Assembly: GCA_007130265.1 (NCBI GenBank)
Contig: SLST01000469.1
Span: 1 to 49,082 of the forward strand
Direction of reading: 5' to 3'
From: Spirochaetales bacterium
Lineage (GTDB): Bacteria > Spirochaetota > Spirochaetia > DSM-27196 > SLST01
DNA length: 49,082 nt
Shown here: positions 36,964 to 45,799 of the stretch, one piece after another
How positions within the stretch are numbered: the first letter of the stretch is position 1
Layout of the letters: every line of letters begins with the position of its first letter
The notes under the pieces: generated by a model
Databases searched by the model: none
Seen by the model: only the letters and a program-made list of their open reading frames with translations
What the model was told of the DNA's origin: nothing
Translations under genes and position numbers: made by a program

Positions 36964-37257
36964 ATGAAGTGCCGACCGGGCTGCGGCGCCTGCTGCATTG
37001 CCGCCTCCATCAGCTCGCCTCTACCGGGAATGCCGGACGGGAAACCGGCCGGGCTTCGCTGCGTCAACCTCGACGAGACCTACCGGTGCACGATCTGGAG
37101 CACGAGCGAGTACCCGGCGGTATGCCGCGCCCTGAACCCCGAACCGGAGATGTGCGGCGCCGACCGCGATGAGGCGCTTGCCGCATTGAGAGAGTTGGAG
37201 GCCCGCACGCAGCCGGATATTTCTCTGGTGCCTCTTCAGGTGCCGAGGATGGGGTAG
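36964..37257 (+). CDS. ykgJ: YkgJ-family cysteine-cluster protein
   Basis: MKCRPGCGACCIAASISSPLPGMPDGKPAGLRCVNLDETYRCTIWSTSEYPAVCRALNPEPEMCG is the conserved CxxCxxCC family pattern. The ORF-track start at 36904 would place the terminator inside the gene. Confidence 0.75.
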   Translation: MKCRPGCGACCIAASISSPLPGMPDGKPAGLRCVNLDETYRCTIWSTSEYPAVCRALNPEPEMCGADRDEALAALRELEARTQPDISLVPLQVPRMG

Positions 37258-37937
37258 AGCTCGTCATACCCGGCCACCGTATACGTGGCGGAGATTTCGG
37301 GGTCGGGCGGAGCGCCACGGAGGTTAAACCAGCACGAGTCGATCCCGGCGGCTGCCGCCCCGCGAATGTCGGAGTGCAGGCCGTCGCCGATCATGATCAC
37401 CCGGTCACCGGCAGGGGTTCCTCCGGTCGCTCTGAGCGATTCGAGCGCTATCCGGAAGATCTCCGGGTCGGGCTTCTGAACACCGACTTCATCGCTGATC
37501 GTGACTGAGTCGAAAAAGTCGCCAACGCCTGACAGCGCAAGCCGTGAGCGCTGAACTTCACTGATGCCATTCGTCACGAGACCCAGAGTGACCACGCCGT
37601 GAAGCGCGTCAAGCAGATCCCGTGCGCCGGGCAGGAGAAACGCGGCCTGTCCGAGCCGAGTGACGTACATCGCGCTCAGCGCGTGCGGGTCTGCGTGGTG
37701 ACCGAGCTCTGAGAGCAGCAGGACGAAGCGCTTGACGCGGATCTCCTGCGAGGTCGAGGTCCCGGCCTCGTAGGCGCGCCACACCTCCGCGTTGATCCGG
37801 TGGAATGCCCCGAGGTACTCGTCGAGCGGAGCGGTGTAGCCGAACGCCGCAAGACTCTCCTCGAGCGCGACCGACTCGGCGCGCCGGAAATCGAAGAGCG
37901 TATCGTCGGCATCCAGCAGAACGATGTCGTAGTTCAA
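37236..37937 (-). CDS. yjjG: HAD-superfamily hydrolase, YjjG-type noncanonical pyrimidine nucleotidase-like
   Basis: HAD motif I is IVLLDADDTLFDF, motif II is GLVTNG, and motifs III/IV are QKPDPEIF...MIGDGLHSDIRGAAAAGI. Confidence 0.8.
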   Translation of the reverse strand: MNYDIVLLDADDTLFDFRRAESVALEESLAAFGYTAPLDEYLGAFHRINAEVWRAYEAGTSTSQEIRVKRFVLLLSELGHHADPHALSAMYVTRLGQAAFLLPGARDLLDALHGVVTLGLVTNGISEVQRSRLALSGVGDFFDSVTISDEVGVQKPDPEIFRIALESLRATGGTPAGDRVIMIGDGLHSDIRGAAAAGIDSCWFNLRGAPPDPEISATYTVAGYDELYPILGT

Positions 37938-37952
37938 GGCCTGAAACAGCCT

Positions 37953-39005
37953 CTACTGCCAGCGAACGTTGAGCGCAACGCCGGGGTACCCGGTGCCGAT
38001 GCCCCACGAACCGTTGACCTGGAGCACAACGCGCCCGAAGACCATGTCGAACCCGCCAAAGACCACGATCGAGAGATCATCGCGGACGACGGCGGTACTC
38101 GGGGCTCTTCCCGTGTACTCGACATCCCTGTCGCCGTCATCGTCATAATCCACATAGGCGTCGAACTCGTTCCCCGGACTACCGACGCCGCCGCTGAACG
38201 ACGCGATGTGATAGTAGGGCGAAATGCCGACGTAGGGAACGAAAAAACCGAACGCCTTGGACGCGTGGACGTCGAGACCGAAGGCGTGAACGCGGCTGTC
38301 CGCGCTCATGACGCCCTTGAGATAGAGCTCGCCGAGCTCGACGGAGAGCCCTCCATAGTCGCCGCGTCCGGTCCCGAGCTGAGCCAGGTCGTAGGCGAAT
38401 CGAAACCCGCTGTAGCTGTACCCGGCACCGACGGAGATCGCGGGAAACGGCCCCGCGTCTTTGAGAACGGCGCGCCGCACCTTGGTTCCCAGATGCACCA
38501 TGCCGAGCTCGAGGCCGTCCGCGTTGAGGCCGCCGAGGATCGGGGCCGTCACGAAGGCGGGAACTCCACCGAACCCCACCATTGCCTCGAGGTCACCGGG
38601 TAGCTTGACCCCGGCCGAGACCCGGGAAACCGGCACGGGGAAGAATGTCTTCATCCCCTCAGAAGCGTCGGTCAGGGCATCCACCGCAGCGGCATCGAGT
38701 ATGGTGCGGAACAACCCGGGCACATTGAGCACCGTGAACGCTTCTTCATCGTCCACGAAGCCCAGGACTCCGTCGGTGAAGATCGTGCCGAGCGACAACG
38801 TCAGGAAGAACCGCGAACCGTCGACGAAGCTGGCCGACCCGGTGTACTGGCCCCAGATCGCGGACTGCGTCAGAGCCGGCAGCGTCGCGGCGCCGAGCTC
38901 CTCGATCACGACCTCGAAGTCACGTCCGAGTCCCGACAGATCCTGAGCGGAGACGCCGGAGACGAGGACAAGGGCGACGACAAACAGTACAAGCATTCGC
39001 TTCAT
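37953..39005 (-). CDS. Secreted or outer-membrane barrel-like protein, family not recognised
   Basis: The ATG at 39005 is preceded by AGAGGTG. The signal peptide is MKRMLVLFVVALVLVSGVSAQ. The body is Gly/aromatic-rich and beta-like (GAGYSYSGFRFAY, VPYVGISPYYH). The ORF track starts 27 codons upstream. Confidence 0.6.
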   Translation of the reverse strand: MKRMLVLFVVALVLVSGVSAQDLSGLGRDFEVVIEELGAATLPALTQSAIWGQYTGSASFVDGSRFFLTLSLGTIFTDGVLGFVDDEEAFTVLNVPGLFRTILDAAAVDALTDASEGMKTFFPVPVSRVSAGVKLPGDLEAMVGFGGVPAFVTAPILGGLNADGLELGMVHLGTKVRRAVLKDAGPFPAISVGAGYSYSGFRFAYDLAQLGTGRGDYGGLSVELGELYLKGVMSADSRVHAFGLDVHASKAFGFFVPYVGISPYYHIASFSGGVGSPGNEFDAYVDYDDDGDRDVEYTGRAPSTAVVRDDLSIVVFGGFDMVFGRVVLQVNGSWGIGTGYPGVALNVRWQ

Positions 39006-39121
39006 ATGCGCACCTCTGCGGCGGGGGATGCTGCGCCTATCATACGCATTTCGGTGAGGATGATCCACCGTTTTCGCCCGGCGCACCGCCCCGGCGCGGT
39101 CGGTCGCGAACGCATGCGCGC

Positions 39122-39151
39122 TGGAAAAAGAGGCGTCCGCGACGGTAGATT
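39122..39151 (+). promoter_or_regulatory. Sigma-70-type promoter TGGAAA-18-TAGATT abutting the start codon
   Basis: TAGATT lies at 39146-39151, followed by 6 nt and then the ATG at 39158. The -35-like TGGAAA lies at 39122-39127. There is no Shine-Dalgarno sequence. Confidence 0.3.
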
Positions 39152-39157
39152 CACCGC

Positions 39158-40090
39158 ATGAGATCCGAACTCCGTGACGGTCGGCCGCATCGGTTCCCGC
39201 GCGTCCCGCTGCATCTGCGGATCGCAGTGGCCGCGTGCATCGCAGGTCTCATCGTCGGCGGACAGGCCTTCGCGCGCGACTTCCCGGTACCGTTCGCCAT
39301 GGGTGACCCGTTCTCGCTCGCCGACGATCGGGGGCTGCTGCCCGGAGGCCACGCCGACGTCGCGTACCATCACTACACCTTTCTCAAGGGACCGCACGAC
39401 CTCTTTTCCATCCGGCAACGCGCGGCTATATCGCTGCTCAACACCGGCCGGCTCGCAGCCGGGTTCTCCTACCAGAACCACCTGCTCGTAGGTCCGGTCA
39501 GACCGGGCGAGGACCCGTTCAGCATCGCCGAGTGGAACATGAATGCGATCCAGTTCGAGTACGGGGCGGTGGTCGGCGTGAGACTCCCGCCGGTCATCAC
39601 CTTCGAGTACGGACGCACGAGCCAGCATCCGCTTCGCGGCGGGTACTCGGAAGTCTCGACCGACCTCGTACAGCTCTCGGTCTACGCCGAACCGCTGACG
39701 TGGCGCCGGCTGACGCTCCTCACCGGCCTGCGATTTGCTCACGTCGACCTGTACGACTTCTGGGACAGCCCGCTGCACAGGCCGCGCACGCGGTACCGCG
39801 TGGAGATCCCACTCGAGGGACGGTGGGAGCTTCCTCCGCACGGACTCGTGATCGTCGCCCGCGCCTGGCCGAGAGTTCTTCTCCTGCGCACCCAAGGCGC
39901 CTGGGAGTACGCGAAGATCGATCCTCCGGTTCAGACCGAGATCGACGCCGAGCTCGGCATCCGGCTCGAACGGCGGTCGGCGATCGAGCTCGTGCTCGAG
40001 TTCTACTCCACGGCGGACAGCGAGCAAATCCGCGGGGAAGCTGCGCCGCTCACGACGCTCGGTGTCACCGCGCGGATTGGGACGAGGTGA
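39158..40090 (+). CDS. Secreted or outer-membrane-like protein, family not recognised
   Basis: The hydrophobic signal-like segment is LHLRIAVAACIAGLIVGGQAFA. The frame has beta-rich segments and strongly G/C third positions. The competing minus ORF 39002..40027 is Arg/Glu/Asp-rich and overlaps the neighbouring gene start. Confidence 0.6.
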   Translation: MRSELRDGRPHRFPRVPLHLRIAVAACIAGLIVGGQAFARDFPVPFAMGDPFSLADDRGLLPGGHADVAYHHYTFLKGPHDLFSIRQRAAISLLNTGRLAAGFSYQNHLLVGPVRPGEDPFSIAEWNMNAIQFEYGAVVGVRLPPVITFEYGRTSQHPLRGGYSEVSTDLVQLSVYAEPLTWRRLTLLTGLRFAHVDLYDFWDSPLHRPRTRYRVEIPLEGRWELPPHGLVIVARAWPRVLLLRTQGAWEYAKIDPPVQTEIDAELGIRLERRSAIELVLEFYSTADSEQIRGEAAPLTTLGVTARIGTR

Positions 40091-40113
40091 GACGCCGCCC
40101 GCAGAGCCTGCGG

Positions 40114-40572
40114 TCAGTGAATATTTCTGATCACATCCGTACCGTCGTCGACGATGATCACGTAGATCAGACGGTTCAGCGACTTGGCCGGATCCGGGAG
40201 GAAGCCGAACTGGATCGCGACGCCGTCGTCCGGGAAGGTCCGACTCGTGATGCTCCCGGAGAGCGACGATGTCCCCGGGAAGCCGCTCAGGGCATCACCG
40301 GCCTGGAGGCCCCTCGTAGCGAACGGCTGCTCACCCAGGTCGAAGAAGGTCTCCTCCCAAAAGCCCGACGTGTTCATCGATGCATAGCTCGGCGCATTCG
40401 GGTGAAAGTGTTCCCGCAACGCGACGTAGTCGCGGGGTGACTCGTTCGCCGTCTCGATGAAGGCGGCGGCGCGTTCGGAGTCGGTGAGGTGCTCGCCGGA
40501 AAACCACTCGCATCCGGAGAGGAGGAGCAGGCCGGTCAGAGCGGCGGCGGCGAGAATGGTCTTCCTCTTCAT
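40114..40572 (-). CDS. Small lipoprotein (152 aa), family not recognised
   Basis: The ATG at 40572 shares one base with the upstream TGA. The lipobox is MKRKTILAAAALTGLLLLSGC. Confidence 0.65.
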   Translation of the reverse strand: MKRKTILAAAALTGLLLLSGCEWFSGEHLTDSERAAAFIETANESPRDYVALREHFHPNAPSYASMNTSGFWEETFFDLGEQPFATRGLQAGDALSGFPGTSSLSGSITSRTFPDDGVAIQFGFLPDPAKSLNRLIYVIIVDDGTDVIRNIH

Positions 40573-41606
40573 CAGAACCTCCAGGGTAGATCGCTCGGGA
40601 CGAGCCACGGTACCACGACGGACTCGTACTGTGAGCGGATTGCGGCGAGATCGCTTCGGAACTCGTCGATCACGCGGCTCTCCGGCTCGAAAAAGGACTG
40701 CGCCTCCACTTCGGCGGCGAGCCGCGAGAATATGTGCTGGTCGAGCGAGAGCGCTGAGAGCACGACGAACCTGAGATCGACGAAGGCGGCGCGCGCGGCG
40801 CGACGCGCCGGCATCACGGTACCGCGAAAGTGCTCCTGACGCGCCTCGAGCCCGTCTGCCTCTTCAATTTCATCGAGCCGGGCACTCTCTTCGGCGGAAC
40901 GCGCGAGCAACGCCTCGACCTGGGGGGCACGGCGGCGAATGTCGTCGAGAAGGTCCTGCATCTCCGCGGCGATTCCGCGAAGCGACGGCAGGGGGTCGGC
41001 GAGGAACCCTTCTACGAGCCCGGCGTTCCAGACGCCGTAGTCGATTGGACGCTCAAGGAAGGCGAACACGTTCTGCGGCCCGGCGCCTTCGCCCGGCGTG
41101 ATCTCGATTCCCTGCTCGGGACCGAGCGTCACGCGGCGCGCCGCGTCTTCGATCTCGATGAGGCCCTCGAGTACCTCATAGCGCGTCGTCCCGTCGCTGC
41201 CGACGTAGACGCGCACCTCCGTCCCACGAACGCCGGCAACCGAAGTCGTCGACCCCATCCGCGGCTCGTTCCCGACCGCGGCGCTGAACCGGAAGCTGAA
41301 CGAGCCGACGGCGGCCGCAACCCGGCTAACCGGTTCGCCCCCGGCTCCCGTCGTCGATCCGATGATGAAGACAGTATCGCGCCCGACGTTCACGGTGCCG
41401 CCGGTCGTGAGCTCGAGCTCAGCTTCCCCGATTCGTTTCGTGATCACCCGATCGCCGGAGTCGAGCTCGTCACCGAAGTCGGCAGGAAAGGTAAGGCCGC
41501 TTTCAGTCCGGACATCGACGTCGCCGGCGACATAGACAACGGTTGCGTCCTGCGCGGGCAGCAGGGCCGCGGCGAGAACGAAGAGAACGAGTACAAGTCG
41601 ATTCAC
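40572..41606 (-). CDS. FecR-domain protein with a signal peptide and a long helical C-terminal region
   Basis: The GTG start overlaps the upstream stop (GTGA). The signal peptide is MNRLVLVLFVLAAALLPAQ. The FecR-like core is VVYVAGDVDVRTESGLTFPADFGDELDSGDRVITKRIGEAELEL...VAGVRGTEVRVYV. Confidence 0.7.
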   Translation of the reverse strand: MNRLVLVLFVLAAALLPAQDATVVYVAGDVDVRTESGLTFPADFGDELDSGDRVITKRIGEAELELTTGGTVNVGRDTVFIIGSTTGAGGEPVSRVAAAVGSFSFRFSAAVGNEPRMGSTTSVAGVRGTEVRVYVGSDGTTRYEVLEGLIEIEDAARRVTLGPEQGIEITPGEGAGPQNVFAFLERPIDYGVWNAGLVEGFLADPLPSLRGIAAEMQDLLDDIRRRAPQVEALLARSAEESARLDEIEEADGLEARQEHFRGTVMPARRAARAAFVDLRFVVLSALSLDQHIFSRLAAEVEAQSFFEPESRVIDEFRSDLAAIRSQYESVVVPWLVPSDLPWRF

Positions 41607-42043
41607 AGTCGCCCCCTGACGAGTCCCACGAGCATGGGAAGCCTGTTCGCCTCTCCGGCGAAAATGAGCGTGAGGTCACCCGAGCTGCTCGGTACGACAA
41701 CGAACCGGGCCTCTGCCGGGAGACGGTCATAGAACACGTGCACGTCGAAGCGCGCATCGGTTCCCGCCGGCGCCGCGGACTCGTTGGCGATGACCCGCGG
41801 CGAGACGACGAGCCCACCCTCGCGAAGACGTTCGAGGATTGCTACGAGATCGGAATCGGCGTAGAGCACCTGATCGTTGAACAGGAACGGGGTGCCGCTC
41901 TGCGTGATGAACTCACCCGGCTCCGCCGTGTTGAACTGATCGATCACCTCGACGACGCTCGCATCACGCTGCGCCGGCGGGATCGTGGCGCACGCGCCGA
42001 GCAGGACCGCCACCGCCGCAACGGCGGCCAGACGTACTCTCAT
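41603..42043 (-). CDS. Small lipoprotein (146 aa), family not recognised
   Basis: The ATG at 42043 gives the lipobox MRVRLAAVAAVAVLLGAC. The ORF-track extension to 42331 runs into ppk. Confidence 0.6.
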   Translation of the reverse strand: MRVRLAAVAAVAVLLGACATIPPAQRDASVVEVIDQFNTAEPGEFITQSGTPFLFNDQVLYADSDLVAILERLREGGLVVSPRVIANESAAPAGTDARFDVHVFYDRLPAEARFVVVPSSSGDLTLIFAGEANRLPMLVGLVRGRL

Positions 42044-42083
42044 GGATACCCCCGTGTAATGGTATGCCGCTTTCGGCCCGAAT

Positions 42084-44246
42084 TCAATTGCCCCTTGGGT
42101 ACGCATCGCCTGCCTTGCGCCGAACCTCGAACTCTTTCTGATTTGTCGCGCTGGTGTCGGGCGACCGGTCACGGGCCTGCTCCTGGAGCGCGAGCTGGCT
42201 CCGTACGGCGGGCGAGCCGGGCTCCGAAGACACAGGCCGGTACGACCCGTCCGACTCGAGCAGGTGCGCGTTTGTCGCATCCTCGAAGGCGAATCCGAGT
42301 ACGGACATCGCGCGGCTCTTTGCGTCGGCATCGGCGACGGGGAAGAGGAGCTCTACGCGGCGTTCGAGATTTCGCGGCATCCAGTCGGCGCTCGACGCGT
42401 AGACCTCCGAAGCCCCCCCGTTGTGGAAGTAGAAAAGCCGCGCGTGCTCGAGATAGCGGTCCACGATGCTGACCACGGTTATGCTCTCGCTCATTCCCGG
42501 CACTCCGGGAACAAGCATGCAGATGCCGCGAACGTTGAGCCTGATCTCGACCCCTGCCTGTGACGCCCGGTAGAGCGCTTCGATCACATCCGGATCGGCG
42601 AGGCTGTTGAGCTTCGCGTGGATACGGCCGACGATGCCCGTGCCGGAACGCAGAGCTTCCCGCTCGATGAGCTGGAGAAGTCGGCCCTTGAGACCGACCG
42701 GCGCCATCACGAGCTCATTCAGCGAAGGAATGGCCGAGTAACCGGTGATCGCGTTGAAGAAGAGCCCGACCTCGTAGGCGATCGTCGGCCTCGTAGTCAG
42801 GAGACTGAAGTCCGTATAGAGGCGGGCCGTCTTGTCGTTGTAGTTGCCGGTTCCCAGATGAACGTAGCGGCGAATCGAGTTCTGCTCGCGGCGCACAACC
42901 AGCAGCGCCTTCGCGTGCACCTTCAGCCGCGCGATCCCGTAGACGACGATCACGCCGGCGTGCTCGAGGCGCTCGGCCCAGGTGATGTTGCGCTCCTCGT
43001 CGAAGCGCGCCTTGATCTCGACGAGGACCATCACCTGTTTGCCGGCAGCTGCCGCCTGCTCGAGCGCCTGTACCACCGGCGAATCGCCGCTCGTGCGATA
43101 GAGGGTCATTTTGATGGCCAGGACCCCGGGGTCGCTCGCGGCATCGCGCAGGAGCCGTATGACGGGCTCGAAAGTTTCGAAGGGATGGTACAGCGCCACG
43201 TCACGCTTTCTCAGCGTGTCCCACAGCGGCCCATCGAGCGGCAGATCCGGCGAGTCGTAGTGCTGCCATCTCGGGTACTTGAGCTCCTCGAACCCGGCGA
43301 TCGACGCGAGATCGGCAAGCTCGCCAATGTCGAGCGGTTCGGCCTTGTCGAACATCTCGCCCTCGTCGATCCCCACGACCTCGCTGAGCATCTTTCGCAG
43401 ACGTCCGGCGCCGCGACTCACCGAGAGGCGCACGGGTCTGCTGAACTCGCGGTGTGCGACGATCTGCTCCATCGCTTCGACGAAGTCTTCGTCACGCTCC
43501 TCGTCGACGCCGACGTCGGCATCGCGCGTCACCCGGAAGACACAGCGCTCAACCACCGTATACCCGGCAAAAAGCGAGGAGGCATGCTGCACCACCACGT
43601 CCTCGAGCAGGGTGAAGGATACGCTACCCGCCTCGTCGGGCAGGTAGATGATCCGGTCGAGAGACTTCGGGATCTGTACGATCGCGAGGTACTCGCCGCT
43701 CTCCTCGTCACCGGCGGACACAAGATCGGCGTCGGCCTGAGGCTCGAGAACAAAGGCCGCATGCAGGCGCAGGTTCGTGATGTAGGGCATCGGTTGCCCA
43801 ACCGCGGCGCGCACGGGCGTGAGAACCGGAAAGATCTCCTCCTGATAGAGCTTCTTGAGGAACGAGCTCTGCGTCGGCGTGTAGTCGCGGGGCCTGCGAA
43901 GCACCAGCCCCGCCTTCGCGAGCCCCGGTACAATCTCTTCAAGCAGACAGCGGTACTTCCGGGTAGCCATTTCGCGGGTGCGCCCTAGAATACGTGAGAG
44001 TAGCGCCGACGGGGCGATCCCCGACGGGCACTGGACGTAGTCGCCGCTCTCGATCTGCCGTTTGACCGCGGCGACACGAACCATGAAGAACTCGTCAAGG
44101 TTCGTAGTAACGATACAGAGGAACCTCAGTCTCTCGAGCAGAGGCACGTCGGGCCGCAACGCCTGAGACAGCACGCGTGCGTTGAACTCGAGCCAGCTGA
44201 GCTCGCGGTTGAAGTATTGTGGCGGGCGGGACGGTGATACACCCAT
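42084..44246 (-). CDS. ppk: Polyphosphate kinase 1
   Basis: The sequence contains YFNRELSWLEFNARVLSQA..., LERLRFLCIVTTNLDEFFMVRVA and two PLD-like HKD-type regions (KVHAKALLVVR, RIHAKLNSL). GAGAGGA precedes the ATG. Confidence 0.93.
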   Translation of the reverse strand: MGVSPSRPPQYFNRELSWLEFNARVLSQALRPDVPLLERLRFLCIVTTNLDEFFMVRVAAVKRQIESGDYVQCPSGIAPSALLSRILGRTREMATRKYRCLLEEIVPGLAKAGLVLRRPRDYTPTQSSFLKKLYQEEIFPVLTPVRAAVGQPMPYITNLRLHAAFVLEPQADADLVSAGDEESGEYLAIVQIPKSLDRIIYLPDEAGSVSFTLLEDVVVQHASSLFAGYTVVERCVFRVTRDADVGVDEERDEDFVEAMEQIVAHREFSRPVRLSVSRGAGRLRKMLSEVVGIDEGEMFDKAEPLDIGELADLASIAGFEELKYPRWQHYDSPDLPLDGPLWDTLRKRDVALYHPFETFEPVIRLLRDAASDPGVLAIKMTLYRTSGDSPVVQALEQAAAAGKQVMVLVEIKARFDEERNITWAERLEHAGVIVVYGIARLKVHAKALLVVRREQNSIRRYVHLGTGNYNDKTARLYTDFSLLTTRPTIAYEVGLFFNAITGYSAIPSLNELVMAPVGLKGRLLQLIEREALRSGTGIVGRIHAKLNSLADPDVIEALYRASQAGVEIRLNVRGICMLVPGVPGMSESITVVSIVDRYLEHARLFYFHNGGASEVYASSADWMPRNLERRVELLFPVADADAKSRAMSVLGFAFEDATNAHLLESDGSYRPVSSEPGSPAVRSQLALQEQARDRSPDTSATNQKEFEVRRKAGDAYPRGN

Positions 44247-44254
44247 GTTTCCTC

Positions 44255-45799
44255 TCAGGCGATGACGACGCTCAGACCGAACACTTCCTCGAACATGTCT
44301 GCCTTGGCATCGAAGCCGTATCGCTCGATCGAGATGTCGCCGGTGTAGTCGCAGTGCAGGATGACGTCGCTTCCGACGAGCTCGGCCTCGATGGCACGGA
44401 CCCGCTGGGCATGGCCGCGGTCGAGGGCGTCGGCGACGCGGAGGATCGCCGCGAGCTTCAGGACCTGCACGCGTTGCTCGCGCCGCAACGCAACGAAAGT
44501 GGTGTGGCCGGAAGAGGGAGGCGCCTTACGATGGTAGCGCACGACATTGGAGATGATCCGCAGGTCGTCGCGGCTGACCCCGAATATCTCGGAGTTCTGC
44601 ACGATGTACTGGCCGTGTTTGTGGTGACCACTCGCCTGGATGTAGGTGCCGATGTCATGCAGAATCGCGGCGACCTCGAGCAGCATGCGCGAATGCCTGT
44701 CCATCGCGTGCTCCTCCTGCAGCTGATCGAAGAGCGACAGCGCCAGGTTCGCCACGTGACGCGAGTGGCGCTCATCGTAGTGGTAGCGGCGCGCGAGATT
44801 CTCCGCCGACGTGATGACCTGTCCGTAGAACTGGCGTTCGACGGCCCAGTCACTGCCGAGCGCGAAGCTCATCAGCACGCCCTCGCGGATGCTTACGTCC
44901 GGGACGATGAGCTCGTCCGCCGAAGTGCTCTCGAGCAGAAGCCGGTAGACGGTGAGCGCCGGCACGAGGCCCTCCGCCTCATTGTACGTGACGTTGTGGA
45001 TCCGGACGATTTCGTCGACGGTTCGGTCCTGAAGCTCGTCCAGGTACCGGTTGAACTCCCTCCGCGAAATCGTCCAGTAGTGCTCTCCCTGTTTCGTCCC
45101 AACTGCGTGGGCGACGTGTCGCGGATCGCCGCCGACGGCGACGAAGTACTTGATCCGGTCTAGTGGAAGCTCAGAGTCGATCAGCTCGCGACTGACCCTG
45201 ATGTTCTCGCGCACGTAGTCCTCGATCTGCTCGGCGCTCGACCACATGGGGCGTGCTTCCTGCTCCATCCGCACCGTCCCGATCCTGAGGCTATGCGCCG
45301 CCACCATCTTCCCGCGCTGAAGCAGCATGATGACGGTCGTGCCGCCGCCGACTTCCATGATGAGCGAGTTCGCCCGCGAGAACTGCTCCTGCATCGGACT
45401 CACCGCGTGCTGAACGGCGAGGAAAGTGAGGTGGTTCTCCTCGATTCCCTCGATGATCTCGATGCGCAGGCCGGTACGAACGAGTACTCGATCGAGGAAC
45501 GTGTCCCGGTTGCGGGCCTCGCGGATAGCGCTCGTGGCGATGACCCGCACCGCCTCGTCGGGAACCTGCCAGCCGCGCACCAGTTCGCGAAATCCGTCGA
45601 GGATCGTGATTGCCTGCTGCATGCTGTCGCGAGTGAGCGATCCGGACATGAATACGTCGCGACCGAGTGCGATCGGTCTCGCGGCCCGGTCGAGTCGCTC
45701 CCACTCACCGTTCTCGCCGAGCTGCGCGATCACCATCCTGATCGCCGTTGAACCGACGTCGATGACCGCGGCGATATCCCCGCCGTCCCGTGGACTCAT
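44255..45799 (-). CDS. ppx: Exopolyphosphatase (Ppx/GppA family) with a C-terminal HD domain
   Basis: The sequence contains IAAVIDVGSTAIRMVIA, IATSAIREARNRDTFL and MEVGGGTT. The HD region is AAILHDIGTYIQASGHHKHGQYIV. Confidence 0.9.
   Translation of the reverse strand: MSPRDGGDIAAVIDVGSTAIRMVIAQLGENGEWERLDRAARPIALGRDVFMSGSLTRDSMQQAITILDGFRELVRGWQVPDEAVRVIATSAIREARNRDTFLDRVLVRTGLRIEIIEGIEENHLTFLAVQHAVSPMQEQFSRANSLIMEVGGGTTVIMLLQRGKMVAAHSLRIGTVRMEQEARPMWSSAEQIEDYVRENIRVSRELIDSELPLDRIKYFVAVGGDPRHVAHAVGTKQGEHYWTISRREFNRYLDELQDRTVDEIVRIHNVTYNEAEGLVPALTVYRLLLESTSADELIVPDVSIREGVLMSFALGSDWAVERQFYGQVITSAENLARRYHYDERHSRHVANLALSLFDQLQEEHAMDRHSRMLLEVAAILHDIGTYIQASGHHKHGQYIVQNSEIFGVSRDDLRIISNVVRYHRKAPPSSGHTTFVALRREQRVQVLKLAAILRVADALDRGHAQRVRAIEAELVGSDVILHCDYTGDISIERYGFDAKADMFEEVFGLSVVIA

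Noticed and set aside
39131-39145. A small hairpin (CGTC-gcg-GACG) followed by a T-run when read on the minus strand.
   Set aside because: No minus-strand gene ends upstream of it. It lies inside a divergent promoter region, so a terminator role makes no sense.
39002-40027. A 341-aa minus-strand ORF competing with the plus-strand gene 39158..40090.
   Set aside because: The plus frame has a signal peptide, beta-rich sequence and G/C-rich third positions. The minus ORF is highly charged, has no motifs and would overlap the start of the neighbouring gene at 39005.
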